This document shows positions 18,399 through 27,737 of a DNA stretch of 34,194 nt, piece by piece; the first letter of the stretch is position 1, and the number at the start of each line of letters is the position of its first letter. The translations under genes and the position numbers were made by a program. The stretch is from Candidatus Taylorbacteria bacterium RIFCSPLOWO2_02_FULL_44_35. Lineage in GTDB: Bacteria; Patescibacteriota; Minisyncoccia; Phycocordibacterales; DSPV01. Location of the stretch: positions 1 to 34,194 of the forward strand of contig MHSF01000012.1 in the NCBI GenBank assembly GCA_001822695.1, given 5' to 3'. The notes under the pieces are model-generated. The model was not told the DNA's origin and did not search any database. It saw only the letters and a list, made by a program, of their open reading frames with translations.

Positions 18399-18758
18399 AT
18401 GAAAACAAAAGGTTTTACGCTTATTGAACTTTTGGTGGTTATCGCCATCATCGGTATCTTGGCGTCAGTCGTGCTTGCCAGTTTGAATACGGCTCGAGGC
18501 AAGGCAAAAGGCGCGGCTTTCAAAGCGGAAATGGCTTCAATGAGGGCCAATCTTATCAATGTTTGTGATAGTGTGGCGATAGTAGCAGCTACTGATATGC
18601 CGGCGGTTGGCACTCATGCGTTGGGCTCTATTATTTCCCAAAGCTGCGGTTCAACTGGCTCGGCGACATTTGATGTTACCATTGCGGCCAATAACGGAAT
18701 TACTTGTTCTGCCCAAATAACACAGAATGCCATAACTTATACCGGCGCTTGTCAGTAA
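18399..18758 (+). CDS. type IV pilin (prepilin)
   Basis: MKTKG|FTLIELLVVIAIIGIL class III signal; 4 Cys; ATG at 18399; TGgTATAAT upstream and a terminator downstream. Confidence 0.93.
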   Translation: MKTKGFTLIELLVVIAIIGILASVVLASLNTARGKAKGAAFKAEMASMRANLINVCDSVAIVAATDMPAVGTHALGSIISQSCGSTGSATFDVTIAANNGITCSAQITQNAITYTGACQ

Positions 18759-18780
18759 GATTATTTTTCGACTGAATTCT

Positions 18781-18824
18781 CAAAACTTGCCCCTATATTA
18801 TTAACAGGGGCGGGTTTTGTTTTT
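18781..18824 (+). terminator. intrinsic terminator after the first pilin
   Basis: caaaacttgcccct...aggggcgggttttg followed by ttttt. Confidence 0.65.
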
Positions 18825-18848
18825 GGCGAAAGAAGGTATAATGGCGAC

Positions 18849-19337
18849 ATGAAGAAAGGGTTTACATTAGTAGAGCTTCTGGTAGTAATCGCGATTATCG
18901 CGATTTTGACTTCCATCGTAACGGCAAATTTAAGCTCGGCGCGGCAGAAAGCGCGCGATACCAAGCGAGTATCGGACATTAAACAACTCCAACTGGCTCT
19001 GGCGCTCTACGCTGACGCCAATAGCAATCGTTATCCAGCGGCGCTCGCTTCGCTCGCGCCGATTTATATTCAGGTAATTCCGATGCCGCCTGGCGGTACC
19101 AGTCAAACCACTTATTCATACGCGGCGCTCGGTTCCGGCGCTTCTTGCACTAGCTACCATCTCGGTGTTTTATTGGAAGTGTCGGGTAATGCTTCTTTGT
19201 TAGATGACAGCGACGCGGCAGCGGTCTGGACGACTTGCTCCGGCTCGGCCGCCGATTTTTCCGGCGCCGATACCGGAGGTATCAATGTTTGTTTTATCAC
19301 CGGCGCCACCGCCAATTGTTTTGATGTCAAACCCTAA
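18849..19337 (+). CDS. type IV pilin / GspG-like pseudopilin
   Basis: MKKG|FTLVELLVVIAII, ARDTKRVSDIKQLQLALALY. Confidence 0.92.
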   Translation: MKKGFTLVELLVVIAIIAILTSIVTANLSSARQKARDTKRVSDIKQLQLALALYADANSNRYPAALASLAPIYIQVIPMPPGGTSQTTYSYAALGSGASCTSYHLGVLLEVSGNASLLDDSDAAAVWTTCSGSAADFSGADTGGINVCFITGATANCFDVKP

Positions 19338-19356
19338 CCCTTTTTGTTAGATGTAC

Positions 19357-19377
19357 TGTGGATATCAGATATCCACA
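19357..19377. repeat. REP-like palindrome left of the transposase
   Basis: tgtggatatc-a-gatatccaca perfect 21-nt palindrome. Confidence 0.85.
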
Positions 19378-19411
19378 AACACTATTTCGTTTTAAAATAC
19401 AAGATAAACTT

Positions 19412-20161
19412 ATGCGAAAACAACCTTACACTGTTGGGTCTTATATTCATGTGATAAAAAGGGGAAGTCGCGGTTTATCAATTGTTAGAGATAACAATGA
19501 TCGTTGGCGATTTTTGTTAATGTTGCGTCATTTTAATGACAGCTTCAATTCTCTCAATTGGTTTAGAGATATTGTTGATGCTAAAATATCCAACTCCATG
19601 ATTCGTCCAGATTATTGGCCGAAACAAAATAAAATTGTAAAAATTCTTGGTTTTTGTTTGGTTGAAAACCACTTTCATCTTTTGTTGCAAGAAATAGTTG
19701 ACGGCGGCGTTGCTAAATTTATGCAAAGGCTTGGAATTGGAATGGCGAATCATTTTAACCAGAAATACAATGAGAAAGGGTGTTTATTTCAAGGAGCATA
19801 CCGTTCGAGAACTGTGGATGGTGATAATTATCTTCGTTATGTGAGCGCTTATATTATGGTTAAGAATTCTCTTGAACTTTACCCAAAGGGTGGCCTAGTT
19901 GCCGCAGCAGAAAATTTTGATGAAGCGTTTCAATGGGCATCATCCTATCCATTTTGTAGTTTAGGTGATTATGTTGGTGATAGAAATTCACTAATAGTTG
20001 ATAGAGACATTTTGGGAGAAATTTTTACTCCGAGTGAATTCAAATTTTTTTCCAAAGATTTTATTGAAGGCTTTTTGCAACAACAAAAAGGAGTAAATAA
20101 TGAAAATAAAAAATTGAAACATTTTATGGACGGAATAATGCCCTCGGTTATTTTTGAGTAA
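19412..20161 (+). mobile_element. REP-associated tyrosine (HUH/Y1) transposase, RAYT-like
   Basis: YIHVIKRG, FCLVENHFHLLL (HUH), FNQKY...G.LFQG, YPFCSL; more AT-rich than its neighbours; flanked by palindromes; ATG at 19412. Confidence 0.85.
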
Positions 20162-20170
20162 CCGAAGTTT

Positions 20171-20189
20171 TGTGGATATCAGATATCCA
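20171..20189. repeat. REP-like palindrome right of the transposase
   Basis: tgtggatatcagatatcca, identical to the first 19 nt of the left copy. Confidence 0.85.
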
Positions 20190-20237
20190 TCAGGGTGTAT
20201 TTTGGCAACATCTGATTTTGGCGCTATACTTGTTGCC

Positions 20238-21050
20238 ATGAAAATTTTAGATGGGAAAATCATTAGGGATGAGATTTTGGCGCGGTTGAAAACGGAATTT
20301 GCCAAGTTCCCGACGCCGTCGCGCTTGGCGGTTATTCAAATTGGTGAATGTGACGATTCTACCGCTTATATCCGTCAAAAAAAAATTTTTGCCGATAAAA
20401 TCGGTGCGACAATAGAACATATTAAATTTCCGGAAAATTGCTCATCGGAAGAAATTATAGAAAAAATCGGCGTTCTTAATGCTGACAACGGTGTTCACGG
20501 CATCATTGTTCAACTGTCTTTGCCGAAGGATTTTAACACCGACGAAATTATTGAAGCAATCAATCCCAACAAAGATATAGACGGTCTGACGGCGAAAAAT
20601 TTGCGTCGGTTTTTGGTAGGGGATTTAGACGGCTTAATTCCAGCGACGGCCCGAGGTATTTTGAGGTTGTTGGACTATTACCAAATTCCCATTGCTGGCC
20701 AGCGAGCGACGATAATCGGTCGTTCGCTTTTGGTTGGCAAGCCGGCGGCGCTGGCGCTCTTGGCGCGCGGCGCGACGGTGACAATTTGTCACCGCCAGAC
20801 GAAAAATCTTGCCGCCATTGCCAAAGAAGCTGATATCTTAATAACCGCCGCCGGTCAAAACAATTTGGTCGGCAAAGAATTCGTTTCGTCCGGTCAAACG
20901 GTGATTGATGTCGGTAATGATGTGGACTCGGTGGCGGTTAAAGATATGGTGGGGGCGCTGACGCCGACACCCGGCGGTGTCGGCCCGATGACCGTCGCCT
21001 GTCTCTTTGAAAATTTATTAAAAGCGCGTATAATTAAAAGTCTAAAATAA
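20238..21050 (+). CDS. folD: bifunctional methylenetetrahydrofolate dehydrogenase/cyclohydrolase
   Basis: ILDGK, YIRQK, KDIDG, GRSLLVGKP, TPTPGGVGPMTVACL; ATG at 20238. Confidence 0.93.
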   Translation: MKILDGKIIRDEILARLKTEFAKFPTPSRLAVIQIGECDDSTAYIRQKKIFADKIGATIEHIKFPENCSSEEIIEKIGVLNADNGVHGIIVQLSLPKDFNTDEIIEAINPNKDIDGLTAKNLRRFLVGDLDGLIPATARGILRLLDYYQIPIAGQRATIIGRSLLVGKPAALALLARGATVTICHRQTKNLAAIAKEADILITAAGQNNLVGKEFVSSGQTVIDVGNDVDSVAVKDMVGALTPTPGGVGPMTVACLFENLLKARIIKSLK

Positions 21051-21055
21051 AGCGA

Positions 21056-21133
21056 GGTAAAACCTAAGAATTTTTATCCGCGTCGGAGCCCATCAGCAGA
21101 TGGGTTAAGCGGGAAAAATTATTAGGTTTTGCC
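21056..21133. repeat. long intergenic hairpin element
   Basis: aaaacctaa-gaattttt...ccgc...gcccatc-agca-gatgggt...gcgg...aaaaatt-attaggtttt nested stems. Confidence 0.6.
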
Positions 21134-21166
21134 GAAGCCAAATAACTTATTAAGTAACTTAATTTT

Positions 21167-21964
21167 ATGGATGACAAAAATTGTTGCAGTGGACGAATGA
21201 GAACTTGGTTGACGGTTTTGATTATCGCCGCGGCCGTGTTTTTTGCAGCCAAAGCAATTAAGGAATTAAAAACAATTGGTTTTGTTGGAAAAGAATTGTC
21301 GCCATCGGCTACTATTATGGTTTCTGGCGAGGGTGAAGTGTTGACCAAACCGGATATTGCTTCGTTTTCTTTCACGGTGGAAAAAGAATCATTAAATGTC
21401 GCTGAAGCCCAGTCGGGTTCGGCAAAAATCGTCAATGATATTTTAGCAGAGCTAAAAAAATTAGGGGTGGCTGACAAAGATGTTAAAACGCTCGGTTACA
21501 ATATTTACCCGCGTTACGAATATGTGTCTGGAGGCGTGAGTTACGAATATTATCCAGTCAACGGTGGCAAGCGGGAGTTAGCCGGTTATGTCGTTAGTCA
21601 AACGATTGAAGTGAAAGTGCGCCAGATCGCCGATGCCGGCAAAATTATTTCCAGTATCGGAGAGATGGGCGCTGCTAATTTGAGCGGTCTTTCTTTCTCA
21701 GTGGACAAAGAAGAAGAATTTACAGCTGAAGCGCGTCAAGAGGCCATTGCCGATGCTCAAAGCAAGGCGAAGATTTTGGCAAAAGATTTGGGTGTGACTT
21801 TGGTGAGGATAACAAGTTTCTCCGAATCAAGCAATTACCCAGGTCCCATTTATTATACCAAATCCGCGGAAGCTTATGGCGCAGGCGGTGGGGTAACACC
21901 GGAAGTGCCGTCGGGAGAAAATCGCATCGTGTCCAATGTGACGCTGACTTACGAAATCAGGTGA
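21167..21964 (+). CDS. SIMPL domain (DUF541) protein
   Basis: TM anchor, VSGEGEV..KPDIA, ARQEAIADAQSKA..LA..LGV, V.LTYEI. Confidence 0.88.
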   Translation: MDDKNCCSGRMRTWLTVLIIAAAVFFAAKAIKELKTIGFVGKELSPSATIMVSGEGEVLTKPDIASFSFTVEKESLNVAEAQSGSAKIVNDILAELKKLGVADKDVKTLGYNIYPRYEYVSGGVSYEYYPVNGGKRELAGYVVSQTIEVKVRQIADAGKIISSIGEMGAANLSGLSFSVDKEEEFTAEARQEAIADAQSKAKILAKDLGVTLVRITSFSESSNYPGPIYYTKSAEAYGAGGGVTPEVPSGENRIVSNVTLTYEIR

Positions 21965-22014
21965 TTTTTTTGCGGAGTTGACTTCTTTTGGGGGTTGGAG
22001 TATTATTTCTCCGT

Positions 22015-22035
22015 AACCCCGGAGCGGGGTTTTTT
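22015..22035 (+). terminator. intrinsic terminator-like hairpin
   Basis: cccc-ggagc-gggg followed by tttttt. Confidence 0.5.
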
Positions 22036-22044
22036 AATAGAATC

Positions 22045-22224
22045 ATGAAAATAGTTGAATATATAAAAGAAACTAAAAGTGAGATGAAACATGTCAGTTG
22101 GCCGACCCGCCGGCAGGCAATGGCTTTTACCGCAATTGTCATTGCCATTTCCGTTTTCGTGGCGATTCTGCTCGGTTTGTTTGATTACCTTTTTACTTTG
22201 GGAATTGAGAAATTTATTGCCTAG
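22045..22224 (+). CDS. secE: preprotein translocase subunit SecE
   Basis: [10 protein letters not shown] plus a single TM; upstream of nusG; ATG at 22045. Confidence 0.92.
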   Translation: MKIVEYIKETKSEMKHVSWPTRRQAMAFTAIVIAISVFVAILLGLFDYLFTLGIEKFIA

Positions 22225-22316
22225 CGAAGCGAGTAAAATTCAGAATTTTAATTTTAGTTTTGAATTTCCGAGCGAGCGACGGCAATATGAGGTTTAACCG
22301 ATTATTTTGCAATAAC

Positions 22317-22862
22317 ATGTCCAGACAAAACATCACGGGCGAGCGGCATTGGTACGCCATTCACACTTACGCCGGTTATGAAAACGCGGTAGTGCGCAAT
22401 TTGAAACAGCGCATCGAGTCGTTGAGCATGACAGATAAGATTTTCAATGTGGTAGTGCCGACCGAGAAGAAAATAAAAATCAAAGCTGGCAAACGCATTG
22501 AGGACGAGGAAAAGATTTATCCTGGTTACATTTTGGTGGAGATGGTGGTAACCGATGATTCCTGGTATGTTGTCCGCAACACCCCGCGGGTAACCGGTTT
22601 CGTCGGTAGCGGCGTTCATCCGGTGCCGCTTGAAAAAAAAGAGATTGACGAATTGTTCCGTCGGATGAACGCCGCTACGCCCAAACACAACATTGATTTG
22701 GAACTTGACGACGCCGTAACAATTATTGACGGCCCATTTAAGGAATTGGATGGTAAGGTGTCGGAAGTAGACAATGAACGCGGTAAGGTTAAAGTGCTGG
22801 TATCGATGTTCGGCCGAGAGACACCCGTAGAGTTAGATTTTCTTCAAGTCAGGAAAATCTAA
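22317..22862 (+). CDS. nusG: transcription factor NusG
   Basis: [34 protein letters not shown] motif, [12 protein letters not shown]. Confidence 0.96.
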   Translation: MSRQNITGERHWYAIHTYAGYENAVVRNLKQRIESLSMTDKIFNVVVPTEKKIKIKAGKRIEDEEKIYPGYILVEMVVTDDSWYVVRNTPRVTGFVGSGVHPVPLEKKEIDELFRRMNAATPKHNIDLELDDAVTIIDGPFKELDGKVSEVDNERGKVKVLVSMFGRETPVELDFLQVRKI

Positions 22863-22893
22863 AATTTCTAATTACTAATTTCCAATTAAAAAT

Positions 22894-23313
22894 ATGAAAA
22901 AAATTGCGAGACAATTAAAAATGACAATTATTGGCGGCAAAGCAACGCCGGCACCGCCGATTGGTCCGGCTTTGGGTCAGGCAAAAGTAAACATTGGCGA
23001 ATTTATCACCCGCTTCAACGAAGGCACGAAGAAAATGGTGGGCGAGTTGGTGCCGGTGGTGGTGACGGTCTATGAAGACAAAACTTTTGATTTAACTTTC
23101 AAAACCCCGCCAGCTAGTGCCTTGATTCTGAAAGCGGTCGGCAAAGACAAGGGTTCGGGCAAAAACGCGGTTAGCAAAGTTGGTTCCATTACCAAAGCCC
23201 AAGCGCGAGCTATCGCCGAGAAAAAATTACCCGACTTGACCGCCAACGACATTTCCGCCGCCGTGAGAATTATTGAGGGCTCGGCTCGGTCTATGGGGGT
23301 GGAGGTGAAGTAA
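22894..23313 (+). CDS. rplK: 50S ribosomal protein L11
   Basis: GKATPAPPIGPALGQ, KTPPAS, GSARSMGVEV. Confidence 0.97.
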   Translation: MKKIARQLKMTIIGGKATPAPPIGPALGQAKVNIGEFITRFNEGTKKMVGELVPVVVTVYEDKTFDLTFKTPPASALILKAVGKDKGSGKNAVSKVGSITKAQARAIAEKKLPDLTANDISAAVRIIEGSARSMGVEVK

Positions 23314-23398
23314 TAAGTTGGTGTCGGTGCTAACCTTAAGCTATAGCCACGAGTTAGCACATAGTGATTCTAAATTCAACCTCTCTGTATAAGTTGTA

Positions 23399-23875
23399 AT
23401 GCAAAGAAAAAAGACAAATAGAAAAAAAGTTTTAGTGGCAATAAGTGGAGGGATGGACCCACTTCATATTGGGCATGTGCGTCTAATTAAAGCCGCCCAG
23501 AAGTTGGGAGACGAACTTATAATCATACTCAACAACGATAATTGGCTAAAGGACAAAAAGGGATTCGTTTTTATGCCGCAGCGGGAACGCAAAGAAATGT
23601 TAGAGTCTATATGTGGCGTTGACCGAGTTGTTTTTACTGACCACCAACCGGGTGAGTATTTTAAAGATCGAAGCGTTTGTCGGTTACTCAAAAAAATCCG
23701 CCCTCATATTTTTGCCAACGGCGGCGACCGCAAACCAGACGGAGATCCAGTGCCGGAAGTTGCCCTATGCGAAAAGTTGGGAATCGAAATAATCTATAAT
23801 GTTGGCGAGGGCGGCAAGGTTCAATCTAGTTCGTGGCTGTTGGCAAAAGTGGCGCAAGCTAATAGAAAAAGTTAA
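23399..23875 (+). CDS. cytidylyltransferase-family (HIGH) nucleotidyltransferase
   Basis: SGGMDPLHIGH, FANGGDR, KVQSSS. Confidence 0.87.
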   Translation: MQRKKTNRKKVLVAISGGMDPLHIGHVRLIKAAQKLGDELIIILNNDNWLKDKKGFVFMPQRERKEMLESICGVDRVVFTDHQPGEYFKDRSVCRLLKKIRPHIFANGGDRKPDGDPVPEVALCEKLGIEIIYNVGEGGKVQSSSWLLAKVAQANRKS

Positions 23876-23884
23876 AATTATCCG

Positions 23885-24454
23885 GTGCTGGAATACTTTA
23901 TCGTCAAATACGGCTACTTCGCGCTTTTTGCCGGCTCCCTTTTGGAAGGGGAGCTGGTTCTTATTGTTGCCGGGTTCTTGGCGCACCTCGGCCTTTTCAA
24001 CTGGCCGTGGGTGGTGGCGGTGGCTTTAGTCGGTACGATTGTCAGCGACCAATTTTATTTCTACCTTGGCCGAAAGCGCGGCCGGCAATTTTTGGAAAAG
24101 CGTCCGAAGTGGCAGTTGCGTTTGGAGAAAACGCAAACGCTTTTAGACAAACATCAGAATTTGATTTTAGTTGGTTTTCGCTTCCTCTACCAATTTCGGG
24201 CGATTATTCCTTTTGCTTTCGGTTTAAGTCCGATGAGAACGGAAAAGTTTTTGATTTGGAACATTGCCGGCGCGCTGGCCTGGACGGTTCTTTGGACTGG
24301 CGGCGGCTATTTTTTCGGCAACACCTTAGCGGCGCTTTTTACCGATTTCAAACGCTTCCAAACCGAAGCAGTTTACGGTATTATTATTCTGGCACTTTTG
24401 ATTTGGCTGATATATTTCTTATGGAAAAAATTAAAATTTAAAAAACATGTTTAA
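23885..24454 (+). CDS. DedA family membrane protein
   Basis: LEGE...AGFLA, SDQFYFYLGR, FRFL; GTG start. Confidence 0.88.
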   Translation: MLEYFIVKYGYFALFAGSLLEGELVLIVAGFLAHLGLFNWPWVVAVALVGTIVSDQFYFYLGRKRGRQFLEKRPKWQLRLEKTQTLLDKHQNLILVGFRFLYQFRAIIPFAFGLSPMRTEKFLIWNIAGALAWTVLWTGGGYFFGNTLAALFTDFKRFQTEAVYGIIILALLIWLIYFLWKKLKFKKHV

Positions 24455-24848
24455 GAAAACCATCAATTATTTTGACAAATTAGAAGACCGGGTACGTGCC
24501 AAGCTTTCCCGCCACCCGATTATCTATAGTTTTGTGGGTGGTGTCGCCATCGTGCTTTTTTGGCGCGGCGTTTGGATGATTGCCGACCAATATACTTTTA
24601 TGACCGGCTTAGTATCGGTGATTTTAAGCGTTACCCTTTTGCTGATGACTGGTTTATTCGCTTCCTTTTTTGTTGGCGACACGATTATTATTTCCGGTTT
24701 GAAACGCGACAAAAAACTAACCGAAAAAACCGAAGCGGAAGTCAAAGAAGAACTGGCAACCCTGATTGAAGTTAAAGATGATTTGAAGGAAATCAAAGAA
24801 ACTTTATCAGAAATCAAAGAAGCGGAAATCAAAAATCAAACTTCATAA
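24447..24848 (+). CDS. hypothetical two-TM protein with coiled-coil tail
   Basis: 133 aa, FDKLEDRVR...LFWRGVW; overlaps the DedA stop. Confidence 0.8.
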   Translation: MFKKTINYFDKLEDRVRAKLSRHPIIYSFVGGVAIVLFWRGVWMIADQYTFMTGLVSVILSVTLLLMTGLFASFFVGDTIIISGLKRDKKLTEKTEAEVKEELATLIEVKDDLKEIKETLSEIKEAEIKNQTS

Positions 24849-25399
24849 TCATAGTAATCATCATAAGGAATCGTCCAACCGACGGTTTCTTCTATTGAAG
24901 CATTTTCCATAATTTTTCGGAACAAGCGGATGGAATTGCCGTGGGCGGACAGAACGGCATTTTTATTTTCTAGGCGGATTTTTGCCAATAGGTCATCAAT
25001 GAATGATTGGACTCTGGTTTCCACCATCGCGAAACTCTCGCCGCTGGGCGGTGCTTCAAAAAAACCGCGATGAATCAAGTTAAACTTTTCCTCGCCGTTT
25101 TTAGCGATAAATTCTTCGTGCGTCGAACCATTCAACTGGCCATAATTCCTTTCAATCATTCGGTTATCCTCAATAATTTCTCGGCAATCAGGATGATATT
25201 GGAGCACCGCTTTCAAAGTGTCTTTGGAGCGCTGAAGCGAAGTTTGATAAGCGATTCCAAAATTTTTATCTTTAAGTTTCTCGGCAATGATTTTCGCTTG
25301 TTGCCAACCAAGCTCGGTCAATGGCGGGTCGTCAAAACCGGTGAACCGCCGAGCGCGGTTGTAGGTCGTTTCACCGTGTCGAAAAATGTAGATTTTCAC
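24836..25399 (-). CDS. histidine phosphatase family protein, probable cofactor-dependent phosphoglycerate mutase
   Basis: RHGET, FTG..D..LT, ERNYGQLNG, PPSGES, AHGNSIR; downstream of eno. Confidence 0.87.
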   Translation of the reverse strand: MKIYIFRHGETTYNRARRFTGFDDPPLTELGWQQAKIIAEKLKDKNFGIAYQTSLQRSKDTLKAVLQYHPDCREIIEDNRMIERNYGQLNGSTHEEFIAKNGEEKFNLIHRGFFEAPPSGESFAMVETRVQSFIDDLLAKIRLENKNAVLSAHGNSIRLFRKIMENASIEETVGWTIPYDDYYDYEV

Positions 25400-25463
25400 A
25401 ATTATAAGGATTAAATTTCAAGCTCCAATATTCAAGTTCCAAACAATAATTAATAATTAAAAT

Positions 25464-26819
25464 TTAAATTTTAAAATTTGTTTGGGATTTGGAACTTGGG
25501 ATTTGGAACTTAACGAACTCCTCTTCAATCTTCAAGAGTTCGTTGTATTTTACCATTCGTTCCGGTTGCGCCGGCGCGCCGGCTTTAATAAACGGCGACG
25601 CTAGGCCAACCGCTAGGTGGGCGATTGAAGCGTCTAAGGTTTCGCCGGAGCGGTGGGAGACAATTATTTTAAAGCCGGCGCGCTCTGCCATTTTTGCCGT
25701 TTCTATTGTTTCGGTAATCGTGCCGATTTGATTCGGTTTGATGATAATGGCGTTAGCTAGTTTTTGTTCAATGCCGAGTTTGAGCCGTTTGGTATTGGTG
25801 GCGAATAAATCGTCGCCAACCAGCATAATTTTCTTGCCTAAAACAAATTCATTTCGCGAATTTGTTCGGCCGACCCGCTCACGCGGGTTTAGGCCCAGCT
25901 TTTCGGTAATAATTTTCCAATTTTCCAAATCGTCTTCGGCCAAAGGGTCCTCCAGCGACATTATTGGATATTTAGCCAGCCAATCTTCGTAAAGCGAAAT
26001 GAGTTCCGCCGCCGATAGTTGCTGATTGTCTTTTTTCAAAAAATATTTTCCATCTCGTTCAAATTCGCCAGCCGCCGCATCCAAGGCGATTTTTGTTTCA
26101 TCCGTCGTAACTTTAGCGGAGGCAGACCCAATTGCCTCCATGATTATTTCTATCGCCGCTTCGTTAGTCGTCAAAGGGGAAGCGAAACCGCCTTCATCAC
26201 CGAGCGTGAGCGGCAAATTTCTCTCCACCAGAATTTTTTTGAGCGCCTGATAGATTTCCGTGCCGCGGCGCATTTTCTCGGCGAAGCTTATTGTCTCGCT
26301 GTCTAACGGCACAATCATAAACTCTTGAATATCGGTGGAGTTAGCGGCGTGTCGGCCGCCATTCAAAATATTAAACATCGGTGTCGGTATGGTTGGCTTG
26401 CCTATGCCGGCCAGTTCCGCGAAATATTGCCAAAGTTTTTGCTGCCGGCTTTGGGCATTGGCTTTGGCGAAAGCCAGCGAGCTGGCAAGCATCGCGTTCG
26501 CTCCCAGCCGGCTTTTATTTTCCGTACCGTCTTCCTCGATCAATAGCTGGTCAAAATTTTTTTGTTCCAGTTCCAAACCGCTTATTATTTTAGCGATTTT
26601 TTCATTGATATTGGCCACCGCTTTCAGAACACCCTTGCCGTTATAACGGGTCGGATCGTCGTCGCGCAATTCCAGCGCTTCAAATTGGCCGGTGGAGGCG
26701 CCGCTGGGAACGGAGCTGACGCCGTTGGTGCCGTCGGAGAGCGAGAGCACAGCTTCTACTGTCGGCTCACCGCGCGAGTCCAAAATTTCTCGGGCCTGAA
26801 TTCTTTGAATTGTCGCCAT
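25464..26819 (-). CDS. eno: enolase
   Basis: AREILDSRG.PTVE, VPSGASTG, GDEGGF, VGDDLF, IKPNQIGT, SHRSGET; ATG at 26819; 19-aa insertion before KKIMLVGDD. Confidence 0.96.
   Translation of the reverse strand: MATIQRIQAREILDSRGEPTVEAVLSLSDGTNGVSSVPSGASTGQFEALELRDDDPTRYNGKGVLKAVANINEKIAKIISGLELEQKNFDQLLIEEDGTENKSRLGANAMLASSLAFAKANAQSRQQKLWQYFAELAGIGKPTIPTPMFNILNGGRHAANSTDIQEFMIVPLDSETISFAEKMRRGTEIYQALKKILVERNLPLTLGDEGGFASPLTTNEAAIEIIMEAIGSASAKVTTDETKIALDAAAGEFERDGKYFLKKDNQQLSAAELISLYEDWLAKYPIMSLEDPLAEDDLENWKIITEKLGLNPRERVGRTNSRNEFVLGKKIMLVGDDLFATNTKRLKLGIEQKLANAIIIKPNQIGTITETIETAKMAERAGFKIIVSHRSGETLDASIAHLAVGLASPFIKAGAPAQPERMVKYNELLKIEEEFVKFQIPSSKSQTNFKI
25836..25894. repeat. palindromic element in-frame within eno
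   Basis: Terminal gcctaaa/tttaggc, with internal aacaaattc/gaatttgtt and acccgc/gcgggt stems. Confidence 0.75.
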
Positions 26820-26840
26820 ACTTATATTATACTGGCTTTG
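26820..26840. promoter_or_regulatory. overlapping divergent -10 elements (eno / MYG1)
   Basis: TATACT (+, 26828-26833) 7 nt before ATG 26841; TATAAT (-, 26831-26826) 6 nt before ATG 26819. Confidence 0.65.
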
Positions 26841-27737
26841 ATGAAAATTATCACCCACAACGGGACATTTCACGCTGACGATGTTTTTGGCGTGGCTGCT
26901 CTGCTTTTGCGTTTCAAGGATGAACATAAAGAACCAAAAATCATCCGCACTCGAGATCCGGCGACAATCAAAACCGGCGATATTGTTTTGGATGTTGGCA
27001 GTGAATATAACGAAGGGCGAAATCGTTTTGACCATCATCAAATCGGTGGGGCGGGCAAAAGAACTAACAGCGTACCTTACGCCAGTTTTGGTTTGATTTG
27101 GAAAAAATTTGGCGCGGTTGTTGCCGGCAATAAAGCAGCGGCGGAGCTGGTAGACAAAAATTTAGTTCAATTTATTGACGCTGCCGATAATGGTGACGGA
27201 GAATTGAAACCATTCAAGTCCGATGTTTTACCCTATACCATTAAGCGGGCGATTGATGTTTTCAATCCCGACTGGCGCGATGAACGGCAGGATTTTGATG
27301 GCTGGTTTTTTCAGGCAGTTAATTTTGCCGCCGGTATTTTGAAAAGAGAAGTTGAATTTGCTCAAGCAATTTTGGAAAGTCGGCAAGTGATAGACCGGGT
27401 CTACAAAAATTCCGCCGACAAAAGAATTATCGTCTTGGAAAAAGAATATCAATGGGAAAATTATTTGAATAAATATCCTGAGCCGCTGTTTGTCGTTGTG
27501 CCTCGTTTGGGAGAAGGCGATAAAATGATTTGGCGAACCGGTGCCATCAGAGATAATCTAGGTTCTTTCATTAATCGCAGAAGTTTTCCAGTTGCCTGGG
27601 CGGGCAAAAGAGAAAAAGAGCTGGCGGAAATTACCGGCGTGTCAGACGCCTTGTTTTGTCACAATAAGCTTTTTGTCGCTTACGCTAAATCCAAAGAAGG
27701 CGCGCTCGCGCTCGCTAAACTCGCGCTCGCATGTTAA
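26841..27737 (+). CDS. MYG1 family exonuclease
   Basis: THNGTFHADDV, RTRD, DVG, FDHHQ, FCH; ATG at 26841. Confidence 0.9.
   Translation: MKIITHNGTFHADDVFGVAALLLRFKDEHKEPKIIRTRDPATIKTGDIVLDVGSEYNEGRNRFDHHQIGGAGKRTNSVPYASFGLIWKKFGAVVAGNKAAAELVDKNLVQFIDAADNGDGELKPFKSDVLPYTIKRAIDVFNPDWRDERQDFDGWFFQAVNFAAGILKREVEFAQAILESRQVIDRVYKNSADKRIIVLEKEYQWENYLNKYPEPLFVVVPRLGEGDKMIWRTGAIRDNLGSFINRRSFPVAWAGKREKELAEITGVSDALFCHNKLFVAYAKSKEGALALAKLALAC

Noticed and set aside
23327-23360. Hairpin after rplK as a riboswitch
   Set aside because: A single 8-bp stem with no consensus I can match.
26562-27041. Long N-terminal extensions of eno and MYG1 in the ORF track
   Set aside because: Each extension is antisense to the other gene; family motifs begin at ATG 26819 and ATG 26841.
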